NCBI GenBank assembly: GCA_039932635.1
Contig: JBDTPR010000001.1
Location: 1 to 42,794, forward strand
DNA: 42,794 nt
Source of the DNA: Candidatus Solibacter sp.
GTDB lineage: Bacteria; Acidobacteriota; Terriglobia; Bryobacterales; Bryobacteraceae
Direction: 5' to 3'
Below, in pieces: positions 1 to 8,059 of this stretch. How positions within the stretch are numbered: position 1 is the first letter of the stretch; every line of letters starts with the position of its first letter. The notes below the pieces were generated by a model. That model had not been told where the DNA came from. It worked only from the letters and a program-made list of their open reading frames with translations, and did not search any database. Both the position numbers and the translations under genes were made by a program.

Positions 1-710
1 GGGAGATAGACTTCGGTCCAGGCGTGGAGGTCTGTGAAATCTGTGGCTGCGCCGGCCGGTCCCTCGAGCGGTTTCACGTCGGGAACCAATTGAATCAGAT
101 AGCCGGAAACAAAGCGTGCGCCGAGCCCCAGATTGCGTAGAATCTGGACCAGGAGCCAGGCGGAGTCGCGGCATGAACCGGTGCCGAGAGTCAGCGTCTC
201 TTCGCAGCTTTGTACCCCGGGTTCGGTACGGATCACATAGCCGATCTCCTGCTGTAGCCGTTGGTTCAGGCCGATCAGGAAATCAATGGTGCGCGTCTTT
301 TCCCGGGAGACGGTGGAAAGCCACTGTTGGAGCTGCGGCGGGAGGGTTTCGGTTTCCAGATACGGACGGAGGTCGCGGGCGGTTGCCGCGTCGTAGGTGA
401 AAGGGAACGTCTCCGCGTAGGATTCCAGAAAAAAATCGAAGGGATTGAAGATCGCCATTTCGGCAACCAGGTCCACTTCCACGGAGAATTCGGTGGTCGG
501 TTCCGTAAAGACGAGACGCGCCAGATAGTTGGATTGCGGGTCCTGCTGCCAGTTCAGAAAGTGTTTCGCGGGATGAATCTTGAGCGAATAAGACAAGATC
601 GTCGTGCGGCAGTGCGGCGCGGGCCGCAGGCGGACAATTTGAGGTCCGAGCTCCACCAGGCGGTCATACCGATACTGGGTCTTGTGATTGAGTGCGACTT
701 GAATCGCCAT
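1..710 (-). CDS. transglutaminase family protein, large DUF2126-type (N-terminal part only; the gene runs off the left edge)
   Basis: This gene is absent from the ORF track because it has no in-window stop. My manual minus-strand translation from the ATG at 710 reads MAIQVALNHKTQYRYDRLVELGPQIVRLRPAPHCRTTILSYSLKIHPAKHFLNWQQDPQSNYLARLVF...GTGSCRDSAWLLVQILRNLGLGARFVSGYL...DLHAWTEVYL. That is a Bact_transglu_N-like N-terminus followed by the transglutaminase-core Cys and His. It is divergent from the ATP-grasp gene. Confidence 0.85.
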   Translation of the reverse strand, partial: MAIQVALNHKTQYRYDRLVELGPQIVRLRPAPHCRTTILSYSLKIHPAKHFLNWQQDPQSNYLARLVFTEPTTEFSVEVDLVAEMAIFNPFDFFLESYAETFPFTYDAATARDLRPYLETETLPPQLQQWLSTVSREKTRTIDFLIGLNQRLQQEIGYVIRTEPGVQSCEETLTLGTGSCRDSAWLLVQILRNLGLGARFVSGYLIQLVPDVKPLEGPAGAATDFTDLHAWTEVYL

Positions 711-969
711 AGGCGGCGGTAGTTTCCTTGGACTTGCGGGCTTGCGAACCGGCTCGCTACAGGGCGATTCCTGCGACGACATCCTGACTCTGGCGGTGTC
801 TCGTGAGGTCCGTGAAAGTGAGTGTAACACGTTCGTCCGCAAGGCTCCGAACGCTGGTACGAGACGCTGGTACGGCGTGGTGGTATCTTCGACAAACCGC
901 GCATTCAATCGTGTTAAGCTCAGTTCCAAACGTGGGGAGCCGCTTTCTGTGAGCCCTGACCTCCTTCAG

Positions 970-3435
970 ATGCCTTTGCCCGACCCGGCGACGTACAACG
1001 AGTTCGCCCCGGACGGGATTACGCCGCGACCTCACTGGTCTGCCTTCATCGATTCGCTCAAGGATCTCGGACCCGATGAACTGGCGCGCCGCTGGGAGCG
1101 TGCGGAGCGGCGCATTCTGGAGAATGGCGTTACCTACAACGTCTACGGCGACCCGCAGGGCGCCAACCGGCCACTGGCAATCGATCCGATTCCGCTGCTG
1201 ATTCCTCCTCAGGAATGGCGGGCCATCGAGGAGGGCATCATCCAGCGGGCGGAGCTGCTGAATCTGATCCTGGGCGATATCTACGGGCCACGGGACCTCA
1301 TTCGGAACGGCGACCTACCGGCGCCGCTGCTTTTTGCCAACCCCGCGTTCCTGCGCCCGCTGAACGGAGTGGCGGTGTCGGGCCATCTCCACCTGCTCGG
1401 CGTGGACCTGGCGCGCTCGCCCGACGGCCGGTGGTGGGTTCTTGCCGACCGTACCCAATCGCCATCCGGAACCGGCTACGCGCTGCAGAATCGCACCATC
1501 GTGGCGGATGTGGTGCCGGAAGCGTTTCGCATGGCAAATGTTACTCGGCTGGCTTCCTTCTTCCGGACGCAGCGCGAGGTGCTGTTTGCGACGGCGAAGG
1601 CCGATCAGCCGCGCGCCGTCCTGCTGACGCCAGGGCCCTACAACGAGACCTACTTCGAGCATTCGTACCTGGCGCGCTACCTTGGCTTTACGCTGGCCGA
1701 AGGGCCCGACCTGACGGTCCGCGACCGCAAGGTTTACCTAAAGACCGTGGAGGGATTGCAGCAGGTGCATGTCATTCTGCGCCGCGTGGACGATAGTTTC
1801 TGCGATCCGCTGGAGCTGCGCAGCGATTCCTTCCTGGGAATTGCCGGGTTGGTGGACGCGGTCAACGCCGGGAATGTGGTGGTGGCCAACGCCCTGGGCA
1901 GCGGGGTCATTGAAACCGCCGCCATCATGCCGTTTCTACCCGGCCTGTCGAGAAAGTTGTTGGGCGAAAACCTCAAGCTGCCGTCCGTGGCAACGTGGTG
2001 GTGCGGTCAGGATTATGCGCTGGATTGGGTGCTGAACAACCTGGATAGCGTGGTCGTTAAGCCCGCGTTTCCAGCGCGCGGCATGGAGCCTATTTTCGGC
2101 GCGGGACTCTCCGGCGCTGAGAAAAAGCGAGTCGCCGAGGAGATCCGCGCCCGGCCTTATGAATATGTGGCCCAGGAAAAGATCACGCTATCGACAGCGC
2201 CGGTGTGGGACCAGGGACGCATGTATCCGCGCAGCCTGGTGCTGCGCACTTATGTGCTGAATACCGGCTCCGGGTGGATTGCCATGCCCGGCGGCCTGGT
2301 GCGTGTCGCCGAAGCCGACGGCGAGGTGGTCTCCATGCAGCGCGGCGGCCGCACCAAGGACGCCTGGGTTCTGGGGGACAGGCCGGTAGATCCCTTCACC
2401 ATGCTGCGTCCCCGGAACCGCCCGATACAGTTGCAACACACGCCGGCGGATCTGCCTAGCCGCACCGCGGATCACCTTTTCTGGCTTGGCCGTTACGCCG
2501 AGCGGTCGGAATCCCTTGCCCGTCTGCTGCGCTGCCTGATCGGGCGGGTTCGGCGCGCCAACCGCGCCGAGCTGGAGTGCTTGTTTCGTCTGCACGATTG
2601 TTTCGATTCCGCCCATTGCACTCTGCCGGAGGACCGCCCCGCCACGGCGCGCGACCTGGAAGACGAACTCGTATCGTTAATGTGCAGCGTGGAGCGGCCC
2701 GACAGCCTGGCGTCGAATCTCAACGAGGTCCACCGCGTGGGCGGAAATGTTCGCGAACGGCTCTCGGGAGATATGTCGCGGCTGATTGTCGCGCTGGCCG
2801 AATCCGGCCGCACAGAAGATTACATGCTATTCGCGGAGTACCCGGCCGTGCTCAATGGATGTCTCGAACTGCTGTCCGCGTTTTCCGGCATGGAGCGTGA
2901 GAACATAACCCGCGGGCCCGGCTGGCTCTTTATGAGCCTGGGGCGCAGGCTGGAACGGGCGATGAATTCGGTGAGGCGCTTGCGGACCGTGACCGCGGGG
3001 CTGGATGAGGAGAGTTGGCCTCTGTTGGAATATATTCTGGAGGTGGCCGACAGTTCCATGACCTACCGCTCCCGCTACTTCACCACGTTACAACCCATTG
3101 CGGTGCTGGACGTGTTGATGTCGGGTGAGGACAACCCGCGTTCCCTGGTTTTTCAGATGGCGCATCTGACGGAGCTTCACCGCAAACTCCCGCGCTATTC
3201 GGAGGCCGATCAGCAGGCCATTGAAGAGGCGCTGGCCTTGCTGCGAGGCCAGGATCTGGAGACCTTGGAATTCCCGCTGCCCGGCGGCGAACGGCCCAGC
3301 GCCGAGCGCGACGGACAATTACGGCTCGATCATTGTCTCGGCGATATCCAAAAGCTGCTGCCTTCCTGGGCCAACAATATTTCGTTCACGCATTTCGACC
3401 ACGCTCACACGCTGCCAATCAGCATAGGCGGATGA
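970..3435 (+). CDS. circularly permuted type-2 ATP-grasp protein fused to an alpha-E domain
   Basis: ORF 742..3435; I prefer the ATG at 970 (MPLPDPATYNEFAPDG...). The N-terminal ~490 aa look like the CP_ATPgrasp_2 family (RPHWSAFIDSL..., VTYNVYGD..., LLGVDLARSPDGRWWVLADRTQSPSGTGYALQNR). From about nt 2455 comes an alpha-E-type segment (SRTADHLFWLGRYAERSESLARLL...). The stop overlaps the next start (ATGA at 3432-3435). Confidence 0.9.
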   Translation: MPLPDPATYNEFAPDGITPRPHWSAFIDSLKDLGPDELARRWERAERRILENGVTYNVYGDPQGANRPLAIDPIPLLIPPQEWRAIEEGIIQRAELLNLILGDIYGPRDLIRNGDLPAPLLFANPAFLRPLNGVAVSGHLHLLGVDLARSPDGRWWVLADRTQSPSGTGYALQNRTIVADVVPEAFRMANVTRLASFFRTQREVLFATAKADQPRAVLLTPGPYNETYFEHSYLARYLGFTLAEGPDLTVRDRKVYLKTVEGLQQVHVILRRVDDSFCDPLELRSDSFLGIAGLVDAVNAGNVVVANALGSGVIETAAIMPFLPGLSRKLLGENLKLPSVATWWCGQDYALDWVLNNLDSVVVKPAFPARGMEPIFGAGLSGAEKKRVAEEIRARPYEYVAQEKITLSTAPVWDQGRMYPRSLVLRTYVLNTGSGWIAMPGGLVRVAEADGEVVSMQRGGRTKDAWVLGDRPVDPFTMLRPRNRPIQLQHTPADLPSRTADHLFWLGRYAERSESLARLLRCLIGRVRRANRAELECLFRLHDCFDSAHCTLPEDRPATARDLEDELVSLMCSVERPDSLASNLNEVHRVGGNVRERLSGDMSRLIVALAESGRTEDYMLFAEYPAVLNGCLELLSAFSGMERENITRGPGWLFMSLGRRLERAMNSVRRLRTVTAGLDEESWPLLEYILEVADSSMTYRSRYFTTLQPIAVLDVLMSGEDNPRSLVFQMAHLTELHRKLPRYSEADQQAIEEALALLRGQDLETLEFPLPGGERPSAERDGQLRLDHCLGDIQKLLPSWANNISFTHFDHAHTLPISIGG

Positions 3436-4304
3436 CTTACCGAATTGTTCATAAGACGCTGTATAAGTACAAGACACCTGTCTCGGTCGGGAATCATGTC
3501 GCCTGCCTTACCCCCAGGTCTTCGGCCCACTACAGTTGCGAGTCGCATGAGTTGGTGATCACGCCACCGCCTGCCGGAATTACTCATCGTCCGGATTACT
3601 TCGGGAATCTGATTACTTTCTTTACCATCCGTCAGCCGCATCGCGAACTGTGCATAGAAGCGCGTAGCCGCGTGGCGATCGATGACGCCGCCGTGCCCTG
3701 GCCCGAACGCTCGCTGCCCTGGGATGAAGTAGCCCGGCGACTGCGCACCGATCTTACTCTGGAGGGGCTGGACGCCTATCAGTTCGTGTTTGAGTCTACA
3801 CGCGTGAGACCGGGCGACGAGTTCGCGGACTATGCCGCCGAGTCTTTTCCGCCTGGACGTCCGCTTACCGAGGCGTTACTCGACCTGACGGGCCGGATCC
3901 ACACTGACTTCCGCTTCGATGCGAAGGCGACCACCGTGCGGACCACGCCGGAAGAGGTGCTGCGTCTCGGGCGTGGAGTATGTCAGGACTTCGCTCAATT
4001 GCAGATCGCTTGCCTGAGATCGCTAGGCCTGTCTGCCCGCTACGTCAGTGGCTATTTGCGGACGTACCCGCCGCCCGGACGCGAAAGGCTGGTCGGCGCG
4101 GATGTGTCGCACGCCTGGCTGTCCGCGTATTGCCCGGGCGCAGGGTGGCTGGATGTGGATCCGACCAACAACCTGATCCCATCGCAGAGTCATGTCACGC
4201 TGTCCTGGGGCAGGGATTACGGTGACGTGAGCCCGGTCCGCGGCGTCATCCTGGGTGGGCGCGATCACACCATCGACGTCGGTGTGGATATGGAACCCTG
4301 TTAG
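3432..4304 (+). CDS. transglutaminase-like cysteine peptidase family protein (Bact_transglu_N + transglutaminase core)
   Basis: Start MTYRIVHKTLYKYKTPVSVGNH... at 3432, an internal Met of ORF 3333..4304. The Cys-His-Asp triad context is intact: GRGVCQDFAQL, DVSHAWLSAY, WLDVDPTN. It is translationally coupled to the upstream gene. Confidence 0.9.
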   Translation: MTYRIVHKTLYKYKTPVSVGNHVACLTPRSSAHYSCESHELVITPPPAGITHRPDYFGNLITFFTIRQPHRELCIEARSRVAIDDAAVPWPERSLPWDEVARRLRTDLTLEGLDAYQFVFESTRVRPGDEFADYAAESFPPGRPLTEALLDLTGRIHTDFRFDAKATTVRTTPEEVLRLGRGVCQDFAQLQIACLRSLGLSARYVSGYLRTYPPPGRERLVGADVSHAWLSAYCPGAGWLDVDPTNNLIPSQSHVTLSWGRDYGDVSPVRGVILGGRDHTIDVGVDMEPC

Positions 4305-4354
4305 CTAGCGGCCGCCTGATTTCTTGCGGTCCTGACGCAAACGCTCCCTCACGG

Positions 4355-4433
4355 TCGCGGCTCTGATTGGGTCTCGCGGGCCTTAATGGGGCTCGCGGCT
4401 CTGATTGGGTCTCGTGCCTTGATCAGAGCCGCG
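4355..4433. repeat. REP-like intergenic repeat: two perfect 22-nt direct copies plus an inverted partial copy (hairpin-capable)
   Basis: tcgcggctctgattgggtctcg occurs at 4355-4376 and again at 4393-4414. atcagagccgcg at 4422-4433 is the reverse complement of cgcggctctgat at 4395-4406. The element lies in the spacer between two convergent genes. Confidence 0.6.
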
Positions 4434-4461
4434 CGCGTCAGCAATCGGTCACGGCGCTGGC

Positions 4462-5445
4462 CTACCGGCCGCCCCTTTTTGGAATATTGGGATGAGCGGG
4501 CACCGGCTCCGGCTTCCACGCCCAGGTGAAGGGTCCGGAATAAACGCTGCCTGCCACGCCGTTGTAGCTCAGGTAGACCGCGACCTGGATATCGTTGTGA
4601 GACGGGCGAAACTTCAGTAGCGTGATCCATCCCGGGATTCCGCCGGAGGCTCCCAGGTTGCCGGTGACATTTACGGTGTGCCCGTCGTCGGCGGTGAGGC
4701 TGTCCATCGCCACGTACCCGTTGTGACCGTGCACGCCCCAGTGAACTTGGGATTCCTTGGCGTAGAACTTGTCGCGCAGTTCAACCCCGGTCTGGCCGGG
4801 TGCGCCGTACCCGGCGCATTGCGTGTCATTGGAACACCATCCGGCGTTGCCATCCTTGGGAAATACGTACGGGCCCGGCGCCGCGTAGGGCGCAGCCGTC
4901 CCAACGTGCCTCAGAAAGATCCACTGTCGATTGGGCTGGGAGGCCGACATTACGCCATCCGCCCACACTCGGGAAGGCTGCCCTGCGTCCATGTTGTCGC
5001 CAACGCCGACACCGATCAGGCCGAGGCGCACAAGGCCCCTCGGGGTAGTCACGTCGATTTTGGCGCTCTGCAAGGTCGAGGAAAAAGTCGCGGTGTACGG
5101 AGCGCAGATGTCGTGGTTTCCTTGCGGCCAGATGCCAGGGAGCGAGAGTGCGTTAATACGGGTCAGGCCGTCGAGGAAGAGCTTCCAGGATTTATCGTTG
5201 CAGGCCGTCACGTAGTCTCCGACACCTGCAATGGCCTTGATGTTCCAATACCGGGCGGCGGCTATACCGGCTGGTCCGCGGCCATTGGCGCCGACCATCC
5301 AATCCACCGCATTCGTCCACGACAACGGATCGTTGTCCACGTGAATGTCGTTGTAAACTGCAATTGTAAAATCGTCCCCGGTAGCCGGCGGCAGTTGAGC
5401 AAACGCGGTGACGGCAAGAACGAGAAATAGAAAAACAGTCTTCAT
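4462..5445 (-). CDS. secreted metallophosphoesterase (calcineurin-like)
   Basis: Signal peptide MKTVFLFLVLAVTAFAQ. Metallophosphoesterase motifs appear in order: VYNDIHVD (DxH), GVGDYV (GD), QGNHD (GNHD), HWGVHGHNG (GHxH-like). Confidence 0.75.
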   Translation of the reverse strand: MKTVFLFLVLAVTAFAQLPPATGDDFTIAVYNDIHVDNDPLSWTNAVDWMVGANGRGPAGIAAARYWNIKAIAGVGDYVTACNDKSWKLFLDGLTRINALSLPGIWPQGNHDICAPYTATFSSTLQSAKIDVTTPRGLVRLGLIGVGVGDNMDAGQPSRVWADGVMSASQPNRQWIFLRHVGTAAPYAAPGPYVFPKDGNAGWCSNDTQCAGYGAPGQTGVELRDKFYAKESQVHWGVHGHNGYVAMDSLTADDGHTVNVTGNLGASGGIPGWITLLKFRPSHNDIQVAVYLSYNGVAGSVYSGPFTWAWKPEPVPAHPNIPKRGGR

Positions 5446-5529
5446 CCTGTCAAGCCTCTGGAGACAAGTGACCCAGGAACCCGGGGCATCTTGGACGCGC
5501 GTCTTCCTTCAGTCTACACTCCCCATGAC

Positions 5530-6798
5530 TCAGGTGCGCCAGCGGGTGGTCTCGATGCGGCCGACGATAAACGCATAAGACATCGCTCCCACGACGACCA
5601 GGACGGCGACCAAAACGAACGCCCAGTAAAAAGAGTGGGTCTTTTGCACGATGACGCCGGTGATCCACGGCATGGTGACGCCGGCGACGTTGCCGAAGGC
5701 ATTCTGCAATCCGGTCCACTTGCCGGCGGCGGCGGGACCGGCCAGAGTCTGGGTCACGCCCCAGTGATTCGAAGTGGTCATGCCAAAGGTGAAGCAGGCG
5801 AGTGTGAAGAGGCCGATGGACACGCGATCGTCGGTCACGAGGGCGGCCGGCAGCAGCAGGGTGCACATGAGCATGCCGGTGACCAGGAAGGTCTTGCGTA
5901 CCTTGCTCGAATTGGCGCCGCGCGCGATCAACATGTCGGCGATCCAGCCGGAAAGCGTGGTGGAGACGGCGAGCAGCCAGAAGGGCAGGGAGCCGAGGAC
6001 GGCCATGCGGTCCTTGGAAAAGTGACGCTCGTTGATCAGGTAATACGGAAACCAGGTGATCAGGAAATACCAGGCGGAGTTGAGGCAGTAGAGGCCGATG
6101 AAGGTGCCCCACACGGAGCGTTGCCGGAGCAATTCGAGCATGGGGGGAGGCGGTCCAACGGCGACTTTGGCTTGCGCGACGTGGACTCGCGGGCGCCAGC
6201 GGAACCAGAGCGGGATCCAGAGCATGGCGCCGAGGCCGAGGATGACAAAGAGCACGCGCCAATTCGAGTGGGCGACAATCAGGCCGCCAAAGAGCATGGT
6301 CACAGGGGTGGAGATTTTGGTACCGAGATCGATGGCGGCGTTGGCCTTGCCGCGCTGGGCTTCCTGATAATCGCTGGCCAGGATTTTCGAGAATGCCGGA
6401 AATGCGACCGCGGCGCCGATGCCTACGGAGAAGCGGAGGGCAAACAGGGGGGCGAAGCCTTCGACCGATGCTGTGATCGCGGTGGCCAGCGACATGAGAA
6501 AGAAGCCGGCGGCCAGCACATGGTAGACGTCGAAGCGATCCAGCAGCCAGCCGGCGGGAATCTGGCAGACCGAGTAACTCCAGAAGAAGGCCGACAGGAG
6601 CAAGCCGATTTGTTCGGGAGTGAGGCCAAGATCGTGCTTCAGATCCGTCGCGGCTACGGAGAGGTTGGTGCGGTCCATGTAGTTGATCAGGACGCAGACG
6701 ACCAGCATTGCCAGAACGCGCCACTGTTCGAAGGTGGCGCGCGGCGGATTTGAAGTAGGCACCATAAGGAGCCTATTGTGACACGGCGGAAATGGCAT
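5530..6798 (-). CDS. MFS transporter (anion:cation symporter-like)
   Basis: 422-aa ORF with roughly 12 hydrophobic segments and an MFS N-terminal pattern (LINYMDRTNLSVAA...GLLLSAFFWSYSVCQIPAGWLLDRF). An alternative start at 6765 (MVPTSNPP...) is possible. Confidence 0.85.
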   Translation of the reverse strand: MPFPPCHNRLLMVPTSNPPRATFEQWRVLAMLVVCVLINYMDRTNLSVAATDLKHDLGLTPEQIGLLLSAFFWSYSVCQIPAGWLLDRFDVYHVLAAGFFLMSLATAITASVEGFAPLFALRFSVGIGAAVAFPAFSKILASDYQEAQRGKANAAIDLGTKISTPVTMLFGGLIVAHSNWRVLFVILGLGAMLWIPLWFRWRPRVHVAQAKVAVGPPPPMLELLRQRSVWGTFIGLYCLNSAWYFLITWFPYYLINERHFSKDRMAVLGSLPFWLLAVSTTLSGWIADMLIARGANSSKVRKTFLVTGMLMCTLLLPAALVTDDRVSIGLFTLACFTFGMTTSNHWGVTQTLAGPAAAGKWTGLQNAFGNVAGVTMPWITGVIVQKTHSFYWAFVLVAVLVVVGAMSYAFIVGRIETTRWRT

Positions 6799-6919
6799 TC
6801 CGCAAATCGAGCGCCAGGATCTTACGGCTACAGCTTAGGTGGATGGTTTCTGCTTGCGAAGTTCCGAGTAACGGGGAAACCGGTGCCACGACACGGCGAG
6901 CGCCCCGACCACAAGGTAT

Positions 6920-7108
6920 TCAACTTCGTTCGAGTTCAAGCACTCGATAAACTCTCGCGAATCCCTGCTTAAAGGCATCGGGGTGTGCTCGTTCCTGCAA
7001 CTCGAAGAAGATATCGACCCGCTGCTGCGGCGTCATTTGGACTCGGGAAAGCGCATCGGCGGCATCGGCTTCTTCAAAGCTGTCGAAAACGCGGACTACT
7101 TTCTCCAC
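6920..7108 (-). CDS. small hypothetical protein (62 aa)
   Basis: MEKVVRVFDSFEEADAADALSRVQMTPQQRVDIFFELQER... I recall this as a recurrent small conserved ORF type (N-terminal 'V..F.SFEEAD..D' then 'TP.QR'). It is co-directional with the MFS gene. No function is known to me. Confidence 0.5.
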   Translation of the reverse strand: MEKVVRVFDSFEEADAADALSRVQMTPQQRVDIFFELQERAHPDAFKQGFARVYRVLELERS

Positions 7109-7172
7109 GATTCTATTTTACCTCTCACCGGCCACCGCTCCGGCCGAGTGCCGCGATCCGGAGGCCGCCGGG

Positions 7173-7400
7173 TTAGCAGCCGTGTTGATGGCAGTGATCC
7201 AAAAACCGGTTGCGCAGCGTGAAGCAGAAATTACGCGCCATCTCGGCGGCATGCCGCGCTGCCTTCCGCGCGGGCTCCGTATTGGCTGTTTCCCCCTCTT
7301 CCGCCGCGATATTCTTCTCGTTTGCCGCCAGGGCAAAGGCCAGGATGATGTGATCCCTCTCTGTGCATTTCATACTCAAGATGTTGCCGTTGAATGACAT
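7173..7400 (-). CDS. hypothetical small protein with a C-terminal His/Cys cluster (start uncertain)
   Basis: ORF 7173..7538; candidate starts are at 7400 (MSFNGNIL...) and 7373 (MKCTERDH...). It ends ...FLDHCHQHGC*. No family is recognised, so coding status is uncertain. Confidence 0.3.
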   Translation of the reverse strand: MSFNGNILSMKCTERDHIILAFALAANEKNIAAEEGETANTEPARKAARHAAEMARNFCFTLRNRFLDHCHQHGC

Positions 7401-7582
7401 TTGTAGCAAGTTCCCATAAGAGTGGTCGGATTTATCCTGCTTCGACAACGGAGTACTAAATTCGAAGGTTATGAAAGTACTGGGCTTACCGTATACGGCG
7501 TATCCCGGAGTGTCCGAGGACCAAAGCCTGCCCAACAATGACGATATACTCTACTCAGCGATGCGGTCCGAGGAGGGTCGGG

Positions 7583-8059
7583 ATGGCAGCAGTAAAATTC
7601 ACTCTGAATGGCAAAGCGCAGACGGTGGACGTTCCGCCTGCAATGCCGCTTTTATGGGTCCTGCGCGACACGCTCGGCATGACCGGCACGAAATTCGGCT
7701 GCGGGATGTCGCTCTGCGGCGCCTGCACCGTCCACCTCAACGGCCAGCCCGTGCGCTCCTGCGTGACGCCGATCTCCACACTGGCCGGCAAGAGCGTCAC
7801 CACGATCGAGGGCCTGTCGCCCGACCGAACGAACCCAATTCAGCAGGCTTGGATCGCTGAGGACGTGCCGCAATGCGGCTATTGCCAGAGCGGCCAGATC
7901 ATGACGGCCGCCGCGCTGCTGGCCAAAACCGCCAACCCCACCGACGCCGATATCGACGAGGCAATGCGCAATAACATCTGCCGCTGCGGCACCTACCAAT
8001 CGATTCGCCGCGCCGTCCATCTGGCCGCCGAACTCCGTGCCAAGGGAGGTGCGAAGTGA
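7583..8059 (+). CDS. (2Fe-2S)-binding small subunit of a molybdopterin oxidoreductase (IorA / aldehyde-oxidoreductase small-subunit type)
   Basis: The ATG at 7583 is preceded by aggaggg (7571-7577). Two 2Fe-2S cysteine motifs are present: [11 protein letters not shown] and [11 protein letters not shown]...CRCGTY. Confidence 0.9.
   Translation: MAAVKFTLNGKAQTVDVPPAMPLLWVLRDTLGMTGTKFGCGMSLCGACTVHLNGQPVRSCVTPISTLAGKSVTTIEGLSPDRTNPIQQAWIAEDVPQCGYCQSGQIMTAAALLAKTANPTDADIDEAMRNNICRCGTYQSIRRAVHLAAELRAKGGAK

Noticed and set aside
742-969. Upstream extension of the ATP-grasp ORF. The analogous extension 21281-21499 of the GH127 ORF was treated the same way.
   Set aside because: The extensions have no family-like sequence. 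21281-21499 would overlap the hmgA coding region on the opposite strand. Internal ATGs at 970 and 21500 give N-termini that match family expectations and a signal peptide, respectively.
6873-6916. Cobalamin-riboswitch-like string ggggaaaccggtgccacgacacggcgagcgccccgaccacaagg, reminiscent of the GGGAA..GGTG....GC..CCCGCCACTG core.
   Set aside because: The resemblance is only partial. I could find no B12 box downstream. The string is on the plus strand with no plus-strand gene for about 670 nt, and a full-length element would overlap the minus-strand small ORF. A covariance-model scan (Rfam RF00174) would settle it.
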